Assembly: GCA_051382295.1 (NCBI GenBank) | Contig: JBBCAW010000062.1 | Coordinates: 1 to 64,000 of the forward strand | Length of the DNA stretch: 64,000 nt | Origin: Bdellovibrionota bacterium FG-1 | Lineage (GTDB): Bacteria; Bdellovibrionota; UBA1018 | Direction of reading: 5' to 3' | Part shown: piece after piece, positions 1-9,155 of the stretch | Numbering within the stretch: the stretch's first letter is position 1 | How the letters are laid out: the number at the start of each line of letters is the position of its first letter | Program-made: the position numbers and the translations under genes | The notes under the pieces: generated by a model | Seen by the model: only the letters and a program-made list of their open reading frames with translations | Database searches by the model: none | Told to the model about the DNA's origin: nothing

Positions 1-98
1 GTTTGTGCGGTTTCGCTGAGCGCCCGAGGTGCCCTGGGTGAACTCGTTCTAGGGTAGTGTTTCTCGGGTAGTTCTCGGGTAGTGCTCCTACCCTTCAA

Positions 99-758
99 AT
101 GATCTTGAACGGTTCGATATTCAGCCGGCCGTTCGAAAGTAATGGTAAAAAACATGTCACTTTTAAATCTTGGCGCGCGGCCCGATTCAAAGGGGTAGAA
201 AAACGCGAATTCTTAGATAATCGACATTTATATGGCAATGGGTTCACGATTCTTGACGAGGCAATGAGATTCTTGCAACGACATTTGCCTATTGCTGGCA
301 GGCTTGGACCGGATGCGATGATCCGAAAGGATGAACCTCTGTTTCCGGTCAGCGCGCTCCGCGAAGCCCTTGTCAATGCAATATGTCACCGAGATTATGT
401 TGCACCCGGAGGATCAATCAGTGCGGCAGTCTACGATGATCGCGTGGAAATCTGGAGCACGGGGTTATTACCAGCCGGGATCAGCATTGATGATTTATCC
501 AAAAGTCACGAATCTAAGCCCAGAAACCCACTTATTGCAGATGTCTTTTACTTTCGAGGCCTAGTCGAGCGATGGGGCGAAGGGACTCGAAATATCATTA
601 CGGCCTGTCAACAGGCAGGACATCCAACACCTGAATTCATCGAGCAAAGCGGTGCGATCGGCGTCCGATTCCTTATGGCAGCCATCCTTAAACGCCTCAA
701 ATTAATTGAGTCATTCGGACAAGGCTACAACGTCATTTATCGGCCAAAAAACCGCTAA
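99..758 (+). pseudogene. Fragment of an AlbA_2/HATPase_c_4 (RecG-C-like) ATP-binding regulator
   Basis: Motifs ALREALVNAICHRDY, VYDDRVEIWSTG and PRNPLIA..F...GLVERWGEG are present. The N-terminal domain is absent and the C-terminal HTH looks collapsed. Confidence 0.7.
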
Positions 759-804
759 CCAAAGCGAAGTGGCGCGATCCCATCGGCCGAACTGGCCAAA
801 ACTT

Positions 805-1002
805 TCATGCTGCGACGTATTTTTGGATATCAACCTGAACGCCAGCCTTTGCCGCTGCCTCGGCCTGCCCAAGAAGTTCTCCGCAACTCTCACATACATC
901 AGCGGGAACGCTCTTAACCACGATGGTGGCGCCTTCGCGCTCGAAGGTCGCGGTAATGGTCCCGGGCTTGGTATTCCCATGCTTACAAATAACGCATTTC
1001 AT
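805..1002 (-). CDS. YgiT-type zinc-finger (MqsA-like) antitoxin, probably with a ~10-aa in-frame deletion
   Basis: MKCVICK...VPADVCESCGE with two CxxC pairs; shorter than typical after CGE. Confidence 0.75.
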   Translation of the reverse strand: MKCVICKHGNTKPGTITATFEREGATIVVKSVPADVCESCGELLGQAEAAAKAGVQVDIQKYVAA

Positions 1003-1088
1003 AAATCTTTACGCCGCTCAAAACCTAGCTCCCAATGATCAAAGTCAGGTTCATAGACGGTGATAATAATAAGTGACTGTTCAGCCAC
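999..1088 (-). pseudogene. 3' remnant of a DUF4258-like toxin gene
   Basis: Hand translation VAEQSLIIITVYEPDFDHWELGFERRKDL*. The stop overlaps the YgiT ATG, the usual DUF4258-YgiT pairing. Confidence 0.6.
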
Positions 1089-1102
1089 TCTAGAACCACC
1101 TA

Positions 1103-1315
1103 TCATGCCGCGTCTTCACCTTTTTTACGCAGTCGTGAAAAATCAATCTTCAATGGCTTGAGTTTCGATTTCCTAATGCCTAATTTTTTCGCCAACTTCC
1201 GTGTTTCACGATGAAATTTTTCAGGATCGGCGGCCTCGCGTTTTGCGGATTTCTCCCGAATTTTCCGTACTTCTTCAACAATATCATCTTTTTTCCAAAA
1301 TTTCATAGTCATCAA
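1103..1315 (-). CDS. Small putative antitoxin partner of the PIN gene
   Basis: DDIVEEVRKIRE motif; start overlaps the PIN stop. Confidence 0.55.
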   Translation of the reverse strand: MMTMKFWKKDDIVEEVRKIREKSAKREAADPEKFHRETRKLAKKLGIRKSKLKPLKIDFSRLRKKGEDAA

Positions 1316-1756
1316 ACCTCCATCAATTCTTCAGGGGTACAAAGTGTCGGCATCACTAGATCAAGCTCTTTGCCTATTTCAGCAAAGGTCCGTTTTACGG
1401 GGGCGCCGACTACGTGCTCAAAATTCCACGAAAGAACGTAGTCCACTTGATAAACGACCGAAAACGCAAGATGAAAGGCATCGAATCGTGCACGATGAGG
1501 AATTTTGAATTCCGCGTAACACCTCAAGACGCCTTCTCGCGGCCTCGGGGTCACCGGCGCGGGCTTCATCCAAAACATAGTCCGATATCACTGCATCGAC
1601 TTTTGGAAATATTTTTCCCCACCACTCCCTCGTCTTGACTTGGCGATAGTATTTTTCCAAATCCGTCGAAAATCGTGAAGTCAGATAGCTCGGAATCGTC
1701 GTTTCAATGTAAACTGTCGGTTTTTTTTTACTAACGCTTCGAAGTACCATACCCAT
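1312..1756 (-). pseudogene. Frameshifted PIN-domain toxin
   Basis: N-half (VYIETTIPSYL...VLDE...GDPEAA) is in ORF 1418-1756. C-half (DAFHLA...DYVLSWNFEH...TPEEL) is in another frame, 1312-1578. Confidence 0.75.
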
Positions 1757-1959
1757 CCCTTACCACAAGCCACGACTCAAAAGTCTGCGGCACAAACCCA
1801 AAAAGCAATTATGACGCACTTGTAATGAACTTTTCAAGCAAAAGCCTATACCCGATAGTAAACCCACTCAAACCCCGAGTGGGACATTCGAAAAATGGAC
1901 TGCCTGCCGTCATTTTTGAGGCATTATTGATGGCGATGAATACAAGCGGCAAGGAACCC

Positions 1960-2080
1960 TCTCCGCAACTCTCATATACATCAGCGGGAACACTCTTAAC
2001 CACGATTGTGACGCCTTCGCGCTCAAAACCTAGTTCCCAATGGTCAAGATCAGGTTCAGAGATGGTGATAATAATAAGTG
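1960..2080 (-). pseudogene. Second, internally deleted copy of the DUF4258/YgiT junction
   Basis: Diverged duplicate of 878-1075 with ~77 bp removed at a CGCTC microhomology. Confidence 0.8.
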
Positions 2081-2090
2081 CGATCAGGGT

Positions 2091-3908
2091 CTAATGTTTA
2101 CAACAAAACGCATAGACATAAGACTGTAACGACGCTGCCTTCGCCGGATCCACAGATTCACATTTGACCCACCATTGTTGCGACACGAAGGCTGGACCAT
2201 TGATCGACATATAATAATCTATACCACCAGCAATATTACAATTACCTCCACCCCCCAAAAGAATCTCCCCAGCAGGACATGTTGCAGTAACCTTCGCGTG
2301 GCCTGAAGGCATTGGACCGACATCCATGTCTTGCCTATGACACCCATACGGTACAGTGCCTGTCGCCCCAGGCTGACCCAACGTTAATGATCCATAAATT
2401 GAGCTCGTTGAACCATCTAAAACAGCATACTGCTGGGGATCGGCGAGCTTTTTCACGATTAATGCACCAAAAATATTATTCGTACCATCTTTTCCAAGCA
2501 CTAATCTATCTTGGACAGCATCCGTAAGGGCAGGGGGTACGTTTGGACTCATAGCACGTAAAGTCAAATCCCCCTTAGTCGTATCCGACTGAATACTCGC
2601 GGCTTTGCTCGAATCAAACTCGGGCCCACTTCCCGGAGTGTACTTAGCAAATGCAATGACACCATTACTAGTTCCTGTTATTCCAGTAGGCCCTACCACC
2701 ACCGTGCCATCGTTTCGAATCACCATTCGTGATTGGCCACCAGTCGAAAACGTCAAATCATCGAACGAAGGATGCGACTCAATTTTTTCCGTGGGTGCAA
2801 CTAAGTTCCCACCAGCGTCAACACCTCCCCCAAAAGCAAGCATACTATTGTCTGCTTCCAGTCTCGGATTAAGCACCAAAACCCCAGATTTATCCAGCGC
2901 CATCAAATGGGTCGTATTACCTGAACCAGCCTCAGCGACCTGCGTCCAAACAAATGAATTGATCGGTAATCCCAAATTAGGGGACTGAATCGTACCTGCC
3001 CCTGCGCTGCCACCAATATTAAACCACATCTGCTGATCACTGTACCCGATCATATAATCCGAAGCCTGTGGATTTTTATATCCACCGTTTTTGCTATAAA
3101 GCTGCAACCTGGCTCCAGGATAATTGCCAGCACCATACGTTTCTCCTACCGCCCCATATGTACTGGGGGCGCCAGCAAAGTTTGAAAAATAGGGGAAATA
3201 ACAATGCGCAGGTGCAACGGTAAGATACTGACCACCCATAGCTTCGCAAATAGCCTGCGGATCTGTGCTGTCGGAATGACAAGAGTAAATAATGCCTTCC
3301 TGAGCAAGACCTGTCGGCGTGCCATCTAAATTCGTTTCCGGCCCCGTCACTATCGTCAGAGGAATCGGAATGCTCATTGAGAGATTCTTACCCCCTAACG
3401 GAGTAGGCTCCATCGTATTTTTTGTCGCAGTCATACTTAAACTACCTTGATACACGTTGAATGAGTAACTCGTCCCATGATAGGTCCCCGTCACGGATGA
3501 AAACGCAGGCGATTGGGGTGTAAGACTGATGCCACTCAAAGTAAATGATTTGTAATTAGTCCCCACTTTTGCCAGCACCATTGCAGCCGGAGCAGGCCGA
3601 TCAATCTGACTCATAGTTCCCACTGGAGAACCATCATTCTGGTCGATTCCACCAGCAGGAATCCATTTGTAATTGTGGTTGCCGCCCAAATACTTCTTGC
3701 AACTATCATCAAGCGACAGTGAGAGTTTTACGTTCGAAACGAAATTGTTCCAATCCGCGTTGATGGTCACATTACGAGTGGACCGTTGAGAGAGATTTAC
3801 GATCTGCAGAATGCCGATCATCATGATCGAGGCAATCCCCAGCGTAATCATCACCTCAAGGAGTGTCATCCCGTCGATACGACGCAATTCGGACATGGGG
3901 TGTTTCAT
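2091..3908 (-). CDS. Prepilin-type N-terminal cleavage protein with long adhesin-like C-terminus (minor pilin/tip adhesin)
   Basis: G|MTLLEVMITLGI class III signal; fibre-like LTFSTGGQSRMVIRNDGTVVVG segment; Cys-rich end (ATCPAGEILLGGGGNC...YAFCCKH). Confidence 0.75.
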   Translation of the reverse strand: MKHPMSELRRIDGMTLLEVMITLGIASIMMIGILQIVNLSQRSTRNVTINADWNNFVSNVKLSLSLDDSCKKYLGGNHNYKWIPAGGIDQNDGSPVGTMSQIDRPAPAAMVLAKVGTNYKSFTLSGISLTPQSPAFSSVTGTYHGTSYSFNVYQGSLSMTATKNTMEPTPLGGKNLSMSIPIPLTIVTGPETNLDGTPTGLAQEGIIYSCHSDSTDPQAICEAMGGQYLTVAPAHCYFPYFSNFAGAPSTYGAVGETYGAGNYPGARLQLYSKNGGYKNPQASDYMIGYSDQQMWFNIGGSAGAGTIQSPNLGLPINSFVWTQVAEAGSGNTTHLMALDKSGVLVLNPRLEADNSMLAFGGGVDAGGNLVAPTEKIESHPSFDDLTFSTGGQSRMVIRNDGTVVVGPTGITGTSNGVIAFAKYTPGSGPEFDSSKAASIQSDTTKGDLTLRAMSPNVPPALTDAVQDRLVLGKDGTNNIFGALIVKKLADPQQYAVLDGSTSSIYGSLTLGQPGATGTVPYGCHRQDMDVGPMPSGHAKVTATCPAGEILLGGGGNCNIAGGIDYYMSINGPAFVSQQWWVKCESVDPAKAASLQSYVYAFCCKH

Positions 3909-3964
3909 AATGTTAAGTATAAGCGAGTAATGGAGAATTTCTCAAGGAACACAATCAGCTATAT

Positions 3965-4360
3965 TCAATTACTAATCGATGGAAAACCTGACACAGGTGG
4001 CGCAATTTGTGTCGGCAACGGGATTTGTGTCGGCAACGGGATTTGTGTCGGCAACGGGATTGGTGTCGGCAACGGGATCGGCGTCTTTAAGAGTACTTTA
4101 TCAGGCGAATTCCCATAGCCTTGCTTTTGATCCAAATTCAGCTTTTGCAAAGCGGCTTGTTTTAGTTTTAAATTAGCCTTCGCCGCAATACATTCATCTC
4201 CGCAAAAATGATCTATGGGTACTTGATAGAATTTTTTTTCGGGCGGTGCCGGTGCCATATCTCCATCTTTATCCGCCCGCGCCTCCCCCCCGAACACGCC
4301 AAACATCATCATCCCCGCCACGACCCCAACAACCCCGACCTTACTAAATAAATTCTTCAT
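3965..4360 (-). CDS. Secreted protein with (P/Q)IPLPT repeats
   Basis: Start re-set to ATG 4360 (GGGAGG SD); signal peptide ending EARA; Pro/Thr repeats. Confidence 0.6.
   Translation of the reverse strand: MKNLFSKVGVVGVVAGMMMFGVFGGEARADKDGDMAPAPPEKKFYQVPIDHFCGDECIAAKANLKLKQAALQKLNLDQKQGYGNSPDKVLLKTPIPLPTPIPLPTQIPLPTQIPLPTQIAPPVSGFPSISN
4005..4085. repeat. 18-bp tandem repeat ATTTGTGTCGGCAACGGG x4.5 (coding)
   Basis: Units start at 4005, 4023, 4041 and 4059, with a partial unit at 4077. Confidence 0.95.
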
Positions 4361-4485
4361 AAACCCCTCCCCTTTTTCCATGATTCTACGGTCAACTCCA
4401 CATCTTCGCAATGCGTCCTTACAGACACGGCTGTATCTATTGGATATTTACCGTCAAAATTCTGCCAATTACCTACTGGTTGCGA

Positions 4486-4695
4486 TTCGATGGCCAGCTA
4501 ATCCGTGAAACCCGTGAAAGGCTCCATATGTCTCAAGGTGTGTTCGCAAGTCTCCTGCGGGTTAACGCGCGTACTTTGCAAAACTGGGAACAGGATCGGA
4601 GCAAACCCAATGACCAAGCCTCGACCCTAATTCTAATGGTTCGAGAATATCCGGACACCTTGCCTAAGTGCTCTAGACAGGCCGTCGATGCCTAA
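4486..4695 (+). pseudogene. XRE-HTH antitoxin (HigA/NadS-like) C-terminal fragment
   Basis: IRETRERLHMSQGVFASLLRVNARTLQNWEQDRSKPN; no convincing N-terminus and no toxin gene. Confidence 0.65.
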
Positions 4696-4820
4696 AAGCG
4701 GTCTTCTTCTTCAAAGGCTGAGGGCTGAGGGCTAATCGCTGACACCTGATCGCTCTTTAGATACCAAATCGGACAGCTCCCATCCATGAGAACACCGGTT
4801 GCGCTGCACCCCGATCCTCC

Positions 4821-4973
4821 TCACTGATGATCTAGATAGAACAGAACCAACTTGGCTAAAAACCATAAAAACTGGGATAACATTTTTTGAGTCCCTATTT
4901 TTTGCTTTAGTTTTTTAAGCCATCGACGAAAAGAATAGTGTTCGATCTTACGACCGTTCTTATTGTTTTTCAT
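4821..4973 (-). CDS. Small basic/hydrophobic peptide (50 aa)
   Basis: Strong SD AAAGGAGGT upstream of ATG 4973; hydrophobic C-terminal helix. Confidence 0.45.
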   Translation of the reverse strand: MKNNKNGRKIEHYSFRRWLKKLKQKIGTQKMLSQFLWFLAKLVLFYLDHQ

Positions 4974-5234
4974 CGGGGTTACCTCCTTTCTTTGAAAAAG
5001 GGGGTAGCTCCATCTTTCCTGTCCGATTTGGCAGAGACCCATAGAGCAAGGTTGGTGCCACGGCTATCGCGATTTTCTTGGTGTTTTTGTGAGGTCTTGG
5101 TTCGATAGTCAGTATGTGCGACCGAAAATAGGATCGATGTTCATCATGTCGCTGAGGCTCTTTCGGATTCTCCTGGCCCTGGCCCCACATGGGGGTTCCC
5201 GGTAAAAAGTGAGGCCCATGATCTGAATCTGAAC

Positions 5235-5588
5235 GTGGCTCGAAGTCATCTTTACGAAATGGCCCTTCGTTTGCAGCAAAAGCTCACTCAGCGCCTCACC
5301 GCTTACATGGTCGACCTTGCTGATGGGCGCGACATCGGTCGCTACGCACGAGGAGAGCGGAAGCCTCATCCTGGCACGCAAATGAAGCTCCGCGATCTGT
5401 TCAGCCTAGTATCTATGCTGACTGAACGAGAAGATGCCGAAACGATCCAGGCTTGGTTTATGGGGCGCAACCCTGAGCTCAAACATCGGGCCCCCGCGCT
5501 GCTGCTACATGAGAATTTCAACGTAAACTATGAGCAGGTCCGAAAGGCGGCCATCAAGTTTTCAGGAAGGTACCCGCTTACTTCGTGA
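5235..5588 (+). CDS. Xre/MbcA/ParS-like antitoxin (orphan)
   Basis: IGRYARGERKP HTH-like part and IQAWFMGRNPEL..RAPA.LL C-terminal motif; the stop codon lies inside repeat R1. Confidence 0.65.
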   Translation: MARSHLYEMALRLQQKLTQRLTAYMVDLADGRDIGRYARGERKPHPGTQMKLRDLFSLVSMLTEREDAETIQAWFMGRNPELKHRAPALLLHENFNVNYEQVRKAAIKFSGRYPLTS

Positions 5589-5603
5589 TGCCCACCGCGT
5601 CAC
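5569..5603 (+). repeat. Cassette-boundary element R1
   Basis: GGTACCCGCTTACTTCGTGATGCCCACCGCGTCAC. Confidence 0.95.
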
Positions 5604-5605
5604 GC

Positions 5606-5995
5606 CTAACCGGTGCCTTGTAAAATAACCTCAGCCCAGACATGAAGCTTCGAGATCACTTTCTTCACGGCATGGCGATCGATCGAGACCACGCTGTTTC
5701 CGTCATAACGAAATTCAACCGCGAACGGTCCCAATTCCCCCAACTCTTCGAATAACACCGGACAAACCAGCCCATTTTGAACCATCAGATCGTGCAAAAG
5801 CATTAAATCATGGGTTTTCGGAAATAGGATCGACTTTTCCATTAACACGGATTTAATAAATTTTTCGGCCGCCTGTTGTGCATGAAATCCCCAAATAGAA
5901 TCTGCGATATCGGAATCATCGATGAGCTTATCTAAAAGCAACTCATCCTCCATCGCTTTTCGAAAAAATAGCCCCGCCTCATTATGCTGCGTCAT
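5606..5995 (-). CDS. HEPN-domain toxin
   Basis: GFHAQQAAEKFIK, FPKTHDL and AVEFRY motifs; overlaps the upstream MNT gene. Confidence 0.85.
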   Translation of the reverse strand: MTQHNEAGLFFRKAMEDELLLDKLIDDSDIADSIWGFHAQQAAEKFIKSVLMEKSILFPKTHDLMLLHDLMVQNGLVCPVLFEELGELGPFAVEFRYDGNSVVSIDRHAVKKVISKLHVWAEVILQGTG

Positions 5996-6308
5996 AAAGA
6001 ACTTTTCCTTCTGTTCGCGCAAAAAAGTGAAGCGTACTCGGAATTTTGGAGCGATCCTCGAACTCAGCTTCAGACACCACAAGAATATCCATAGGTACCA
6101 AGATCCCTCGAAGCGCCATCCGCAATCGAATGGACTCTCGGTATTTAGATACCACCTCCGACTCGATCACCAGTATATCCAAATCCGAATCCGCATGGGT
6201 ATCCCCGCGCGCAAAAGAACCAAACAAGATGATCTTCCTCGGCTGAGCCGTTGCAACCAACCTCGTTACAATTTCCTCAAGCATGTCTTGGGGGTTTGGG
6301 AGCCGCAT
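5982..6308 (-). CDS. Minimal nucleotidyltransferase (MNT) antitoxin
   Basis: IILFGSFARG...DSDLDILV; start uncertain (ORF extends to 6377). Confidence 0.85.
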   Translation of the reverse strand: MRLPNPQDMLEEIVTRLVATAQPRKIILFGSFARGDTHADSDLDILVIESEVVSKYRESIRLRMALRGILVPMDILVVSEAEFEDRSKIPSTLHFFARTEGKVLYDAA

Positions 6309-6459
6309 CTTTTTAGACTGCCTTTTTACTCTACGATCGTCAACCGTCTCCGCCCCGTGATTTTGATGAAAAACCATCGTCCTCGTGTCACTATTTTTTC
6401 GAGCTTGTTCAACTCAATGTTTATACCGTAAAAGCCCCAAGCCATAGTCCCTCGCTGTT

Positions 6460-6511
6460 AGATAAAAACTTTTACCTTAAGTCTGGTTACACAAGGTAAA
6501 AGTTTTTATCT
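6460..6511. repeat. Perfect 19-bp inverted repeat with 14-bp spacer
   Basis: AGATAAAAACTTTTACCTT (6460-6478) / AAGGTAAAAGTTTTTATCT (6493-6511). Confidence 0.9.
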
Positions 6512-6753
6512 TAGCTTATTAGGCCACCTAACATAATGATTTATAACGCATTTAGATTGTCGGCCTGAGTGAGACTTCCAAGATTCAAGATGGGATGAAA
6601 GCAGCAATTCCGCGAAAGCCAGGTGTTTATAAAATGAACGTGCCGGTAAATCCTTCCGCCGTAAAGGCCCCGTGTGGTCTTCGGTCGGTCGAGATAGGTA
6701 ATCGACCACTCAGCGGGACAGCTACCCCGGAATGAGGTGATTAATGGGTAATG

Positions 6754-6782
6754 TTGACATGCATGTGCGTGCATGTTAAGAT
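6754..6782 (+). promoter_or_regulatory. Sigma70 promoter with operator palindrome; likely leaderless vapBC transcript
   Basis: TTGACA-17-TAAGAT, ACATGCA-N6-TGCATGT across the spacer, ATG 6 nt after the -10. Confidence 0.7.
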
Positions 6783-6788
6783 ACATTA

Positions 6789-7028
6789 ATGAGAACGACC
6801 ATTGAACTCACCAAAGAGCAAAGGGCGGAACTTCTGAGGCTAGCGGCTAAACGCGGCCTCAAGGGGTTTTCATACATCATCCAAGAAGCCCTGGATGAAT
6901 ACCTCAAGCAAGAGTCCCAGAAGTTGGAGCTGATTGGCGCGGCTCTCGGCCTCAAGGGGGCCTTTCAAGGCAAGGCCGCCGAAGAATTTGAAGAACGAAC
7001 CCAGGAACTGAGGAGCCATTGGCGATGA
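6789..7028 (+). CDS. CopG/RHH antitoxin (VapB-like)
   Basis: MRTTIEL...S.IIQEALDEYL ribbon-helix-helix pattern; overlaps vapC. Confidence 0.75.
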   Translation: MRTTIELTKEQRAELLRLAAKRGLKGFSYIIQEALDEYLKQESQKLELIGAALGLKGAFQGKAAEEFEERTQELRSHWR

Positions 7029-7411
7029 TGATTGCAGACTCGGATGTACTGATCGATTTTCTTCGCGGCAAAGGGGCTGCCGATCGGATCGCGTATGAAA
7101 TTAAAACCGGCGGTCTTCACACAACAGCAATTTCAGCATTTGAACTTTGGGCGGGAGCCAAAAGTGATCAGCAGGCCGCCGTCGTTGAAACGCTCTTGGC
7201 GGCGATGACCGTTCTGCCATTGGAACGCGAAAGCGCTAGACGTGCTGCGAAGATACGACGGGAATTGGATGGTAAAAATTCTTCAATCGGGATGGCCGAC
7301 TCTCTGATTGCTGGCATCTGTTTAGAGCGCGACGGCGTTCTCATCACGCGCAACAAGAAACACTTTGAGCGGGTTCCAGGAATTAAACTCACGCATGGCG
7401 GTGAGGCGTAG
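7025..7411 (+). CDS. vapC: VapC PIN-domain toxin
   Basis: IADSDVLIDFLRG...ISAFEL...DSLIAG...LITRNKKHF. Confidence 0.9.
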   Translation: MMIADSDVLIDFLRGKGAADRIAYEIKTGGLHTTAISAFELWAGAKSDQQAAVVETLLAAMTVLPLERESARRAAKIRRELDGKNSSIGMADSLIAGICLERDGVLITRNKKHFERVPGIKLTHGGEA

Positions 7412-7424
7412 GACCCAGGTAAAA

Positions 7425-7459
7425 CGTATCAGGTTACTTCTTGATGCTCACTGCATCAC
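7425..7459 (+). repeat. Cassette-boundary element R2
   Basis: CGTATCAGGTTACTTCTTGATGCTCACTGCATCAC. Confidence 0.95.
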
Positions 7460-7589
7460 GACTCTGGTCCGGCAAAATGAGGGGATCAGCACGCGCAGAA
7501 CCTCTCATGAATATATTTTCGACCAAAAATCGCTCCATATGTTAAAATAGGACCAGAAAACGATCTTTTACTATAAATAGGACCAAAAA

Positions 7590-9092
7590 ATGCGCTCGGA
7601 GCCAACCCACCTTCTCCCCCCCCTTCTTTATCCTAGCCTCAACAGCTCTGAACGCAAAAAATTAACGCTCCTTCGTAAGAAGGGCCAAATTCGGCTGATC
7701 GGTCCCAGGCTCTATGCTTCAGTTCCACTCAAACAAGTTGCGACTGTAGTACGGGCTAACTGGGCCCAGATCCTATCCGCACTTTTTCCGAATTCGTTTC
7801 TCAGCCACCGCACTGCTTTTGAATACAAGCCGAGCCCTGAGGGAGAGGTTATTCTTACGGGAACAACCAATCGCGAAATCAACTATCCTGGTCTGCGACT
7901 CAGATTCATTCGTGGACCGGAACCGCTTGAGGACGATCCAAAATTTTTAACGCTTCGGGCTTCTTCACAGGCACGAATGCTGCTCGAAAACCTTTCCACA
8001 ATCCGAAAAGGGGCGAAGCCAAAAACCGCTTCCCGCGCTCAGATCGAAATGCGGCTTGAACAGCTCGTTCGTGATGGGGGTGAAGACGCGATCAATGCCC
8101 TGAGGGATCGCGCGCGTACGATTTCAAAGCAATTCGAGTGGAAGATGGAATTTGAAAGACTCGACGGCTTGATTGGCGCCATCCTGGGTACACGGTCCTG
8201 CCGCACGATCACAACAGCCTTGGCGCGGGCCCGTGCGATAGGACAGCCTTACGATCCAGCTTGCCTAGAACGAATGCAACTGCTCTTTGGTGAACTTCGT
8301 AACCGTGCTCTGCCCGCGATCCCAGATCGTTTCGTGGCATCAGGCCATTTCAAAAATAAATCTTTTTTTGAATCCTATTTTTCGAACTTCATCGAAGGCA
8401 CTACCTTTGAGCTCGAGGAGGCCGAGGATATCGTTTTTAATAAAAAAATCCCGCGTAATCGGCCGAAAGACGCCCATGATATTGTCGGAACTTTTCAAAT
8501 TATTTCAGATCCAAATGAAATGCGCCGGACGCCTCAGGGGTTTGATCAACTGCAAAACCTTTTAATCTCCCGCCACCACACTTTAATGAAGTATCGTCGC
8601 GAAGCGTCTCCGGGAGAATTCAAAAAAAACGTCAATCGCGCGGGGGATACCGTGTTTGTCCATCCCGATCTAGTCGTCGGAACCTTGAAGAAAGGACTCG
8701 AGCTTTATGACGACCTTACTCCTGGCCTTCCGCGGGCTATTTTCATGATGTTTTTGATCTCCGACATTCATCCATTCGTAGATGGCAATGGTCGCATCGC
8801 CCGAATCATGATGAATGCTGAGCTGGTTTCGTCAGGTTTCTCGACGATCCTAGTCCCTAACGTCTACCGTGAAGACTACCTCTTGGCCCTTCGTTCATTG
8901 ACTCGACGGCACCGGCCACGAGTACTGGTAGACATGTTGCTTCGAGCCCAGAGATTCTCAAATCTTGAGTTTTCGCCCTATGCTAAAATCCTCAAAGAAC
9001 TTCAACGTCGCAATTGGTTTCGAGAGCCCGAAGACGCTCGAAGAGGTATCAGGTTACTTCCTGATGCTCACTGCGTCACAAAAACGCCATGA
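7590..9092 (+). CDS. Fic-domain protein
   Basis: Canonical HPFVDGNGRIAR; SNFIEG inhibitory-like motif; last codons read through R3. Confidence 0.9.
   Translation: MRSEPTHLLPPLLYPSLNSSERKKLTLLRKKGQIRLIGPRLYASVPLKQVATVVRANWAQILSALFPNSFLSHRTAFEYKPSPEGEVILTGTTNREINYPGLRLRFIRGPEPLEDDPKFLTLRASSQARMLLENLSTIRKGAKPKTASRAQIEMRLEQLVRDGGEDAINALRDRARTISKQFEWKMEFERLDGLIGAILGTRSCRTITTALARARAIGQPYDPACLERMQLLFGELRNRALPAIPDRFVASGHFKNKSFFESYFSNFIEGTTFELEEAEDIVFNKKIPRNRPKDAHDIVGTFQIISDPNEMRRTPQGFDQLQNLLISRHHTLMKYRREASPGEFKKNVNRAGDTVFVHPDLVVGTLKKGLELYDDLTPGLPRAIFMMFLISDIHPFVDGNGRIARIMMNAELVSSGFSTILVPNVYREDYLLALRSLTRRHRPRVLVDMLLRAQRFSNLEFSPYAKILKELQRRNWFREPEDARRGIRLLPDAHCVTKTP
9045..9079 (+). repeat. Cassette-boundary element R3
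   Basis: GGTATCAGGTTACTTCCTGATGCTCACTGCGTCAC. Confidence 0.95.
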
Positions 9093-9155
9093 TCCCAGAA
9101 AACCATTCCAATTTCATCCCACTTCAGTCTATAATTGGAATGGTTAGGAGGGCAA

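Noticed and set aside
46..93. Short GTTCTCGGGTA-like tandem repeats at the window start
   Set aside because: Only about three degenerate units and the context is cut by the window edge.
2091..3908. Shufflon or DGR acting on the adhesin C-terminus
   Set aside because: No alternative C-terminal cassettes, inverted sfx-like sites, template repeat, recombinase or reverse transcriptase seen.
4716..4755. Heptamer-like run GGCTGAG-GGCTGAG-GGCTAAT-CGCTGAC-ACCTGAT
   Set aside because: Short and degenerate, with no supportable function.
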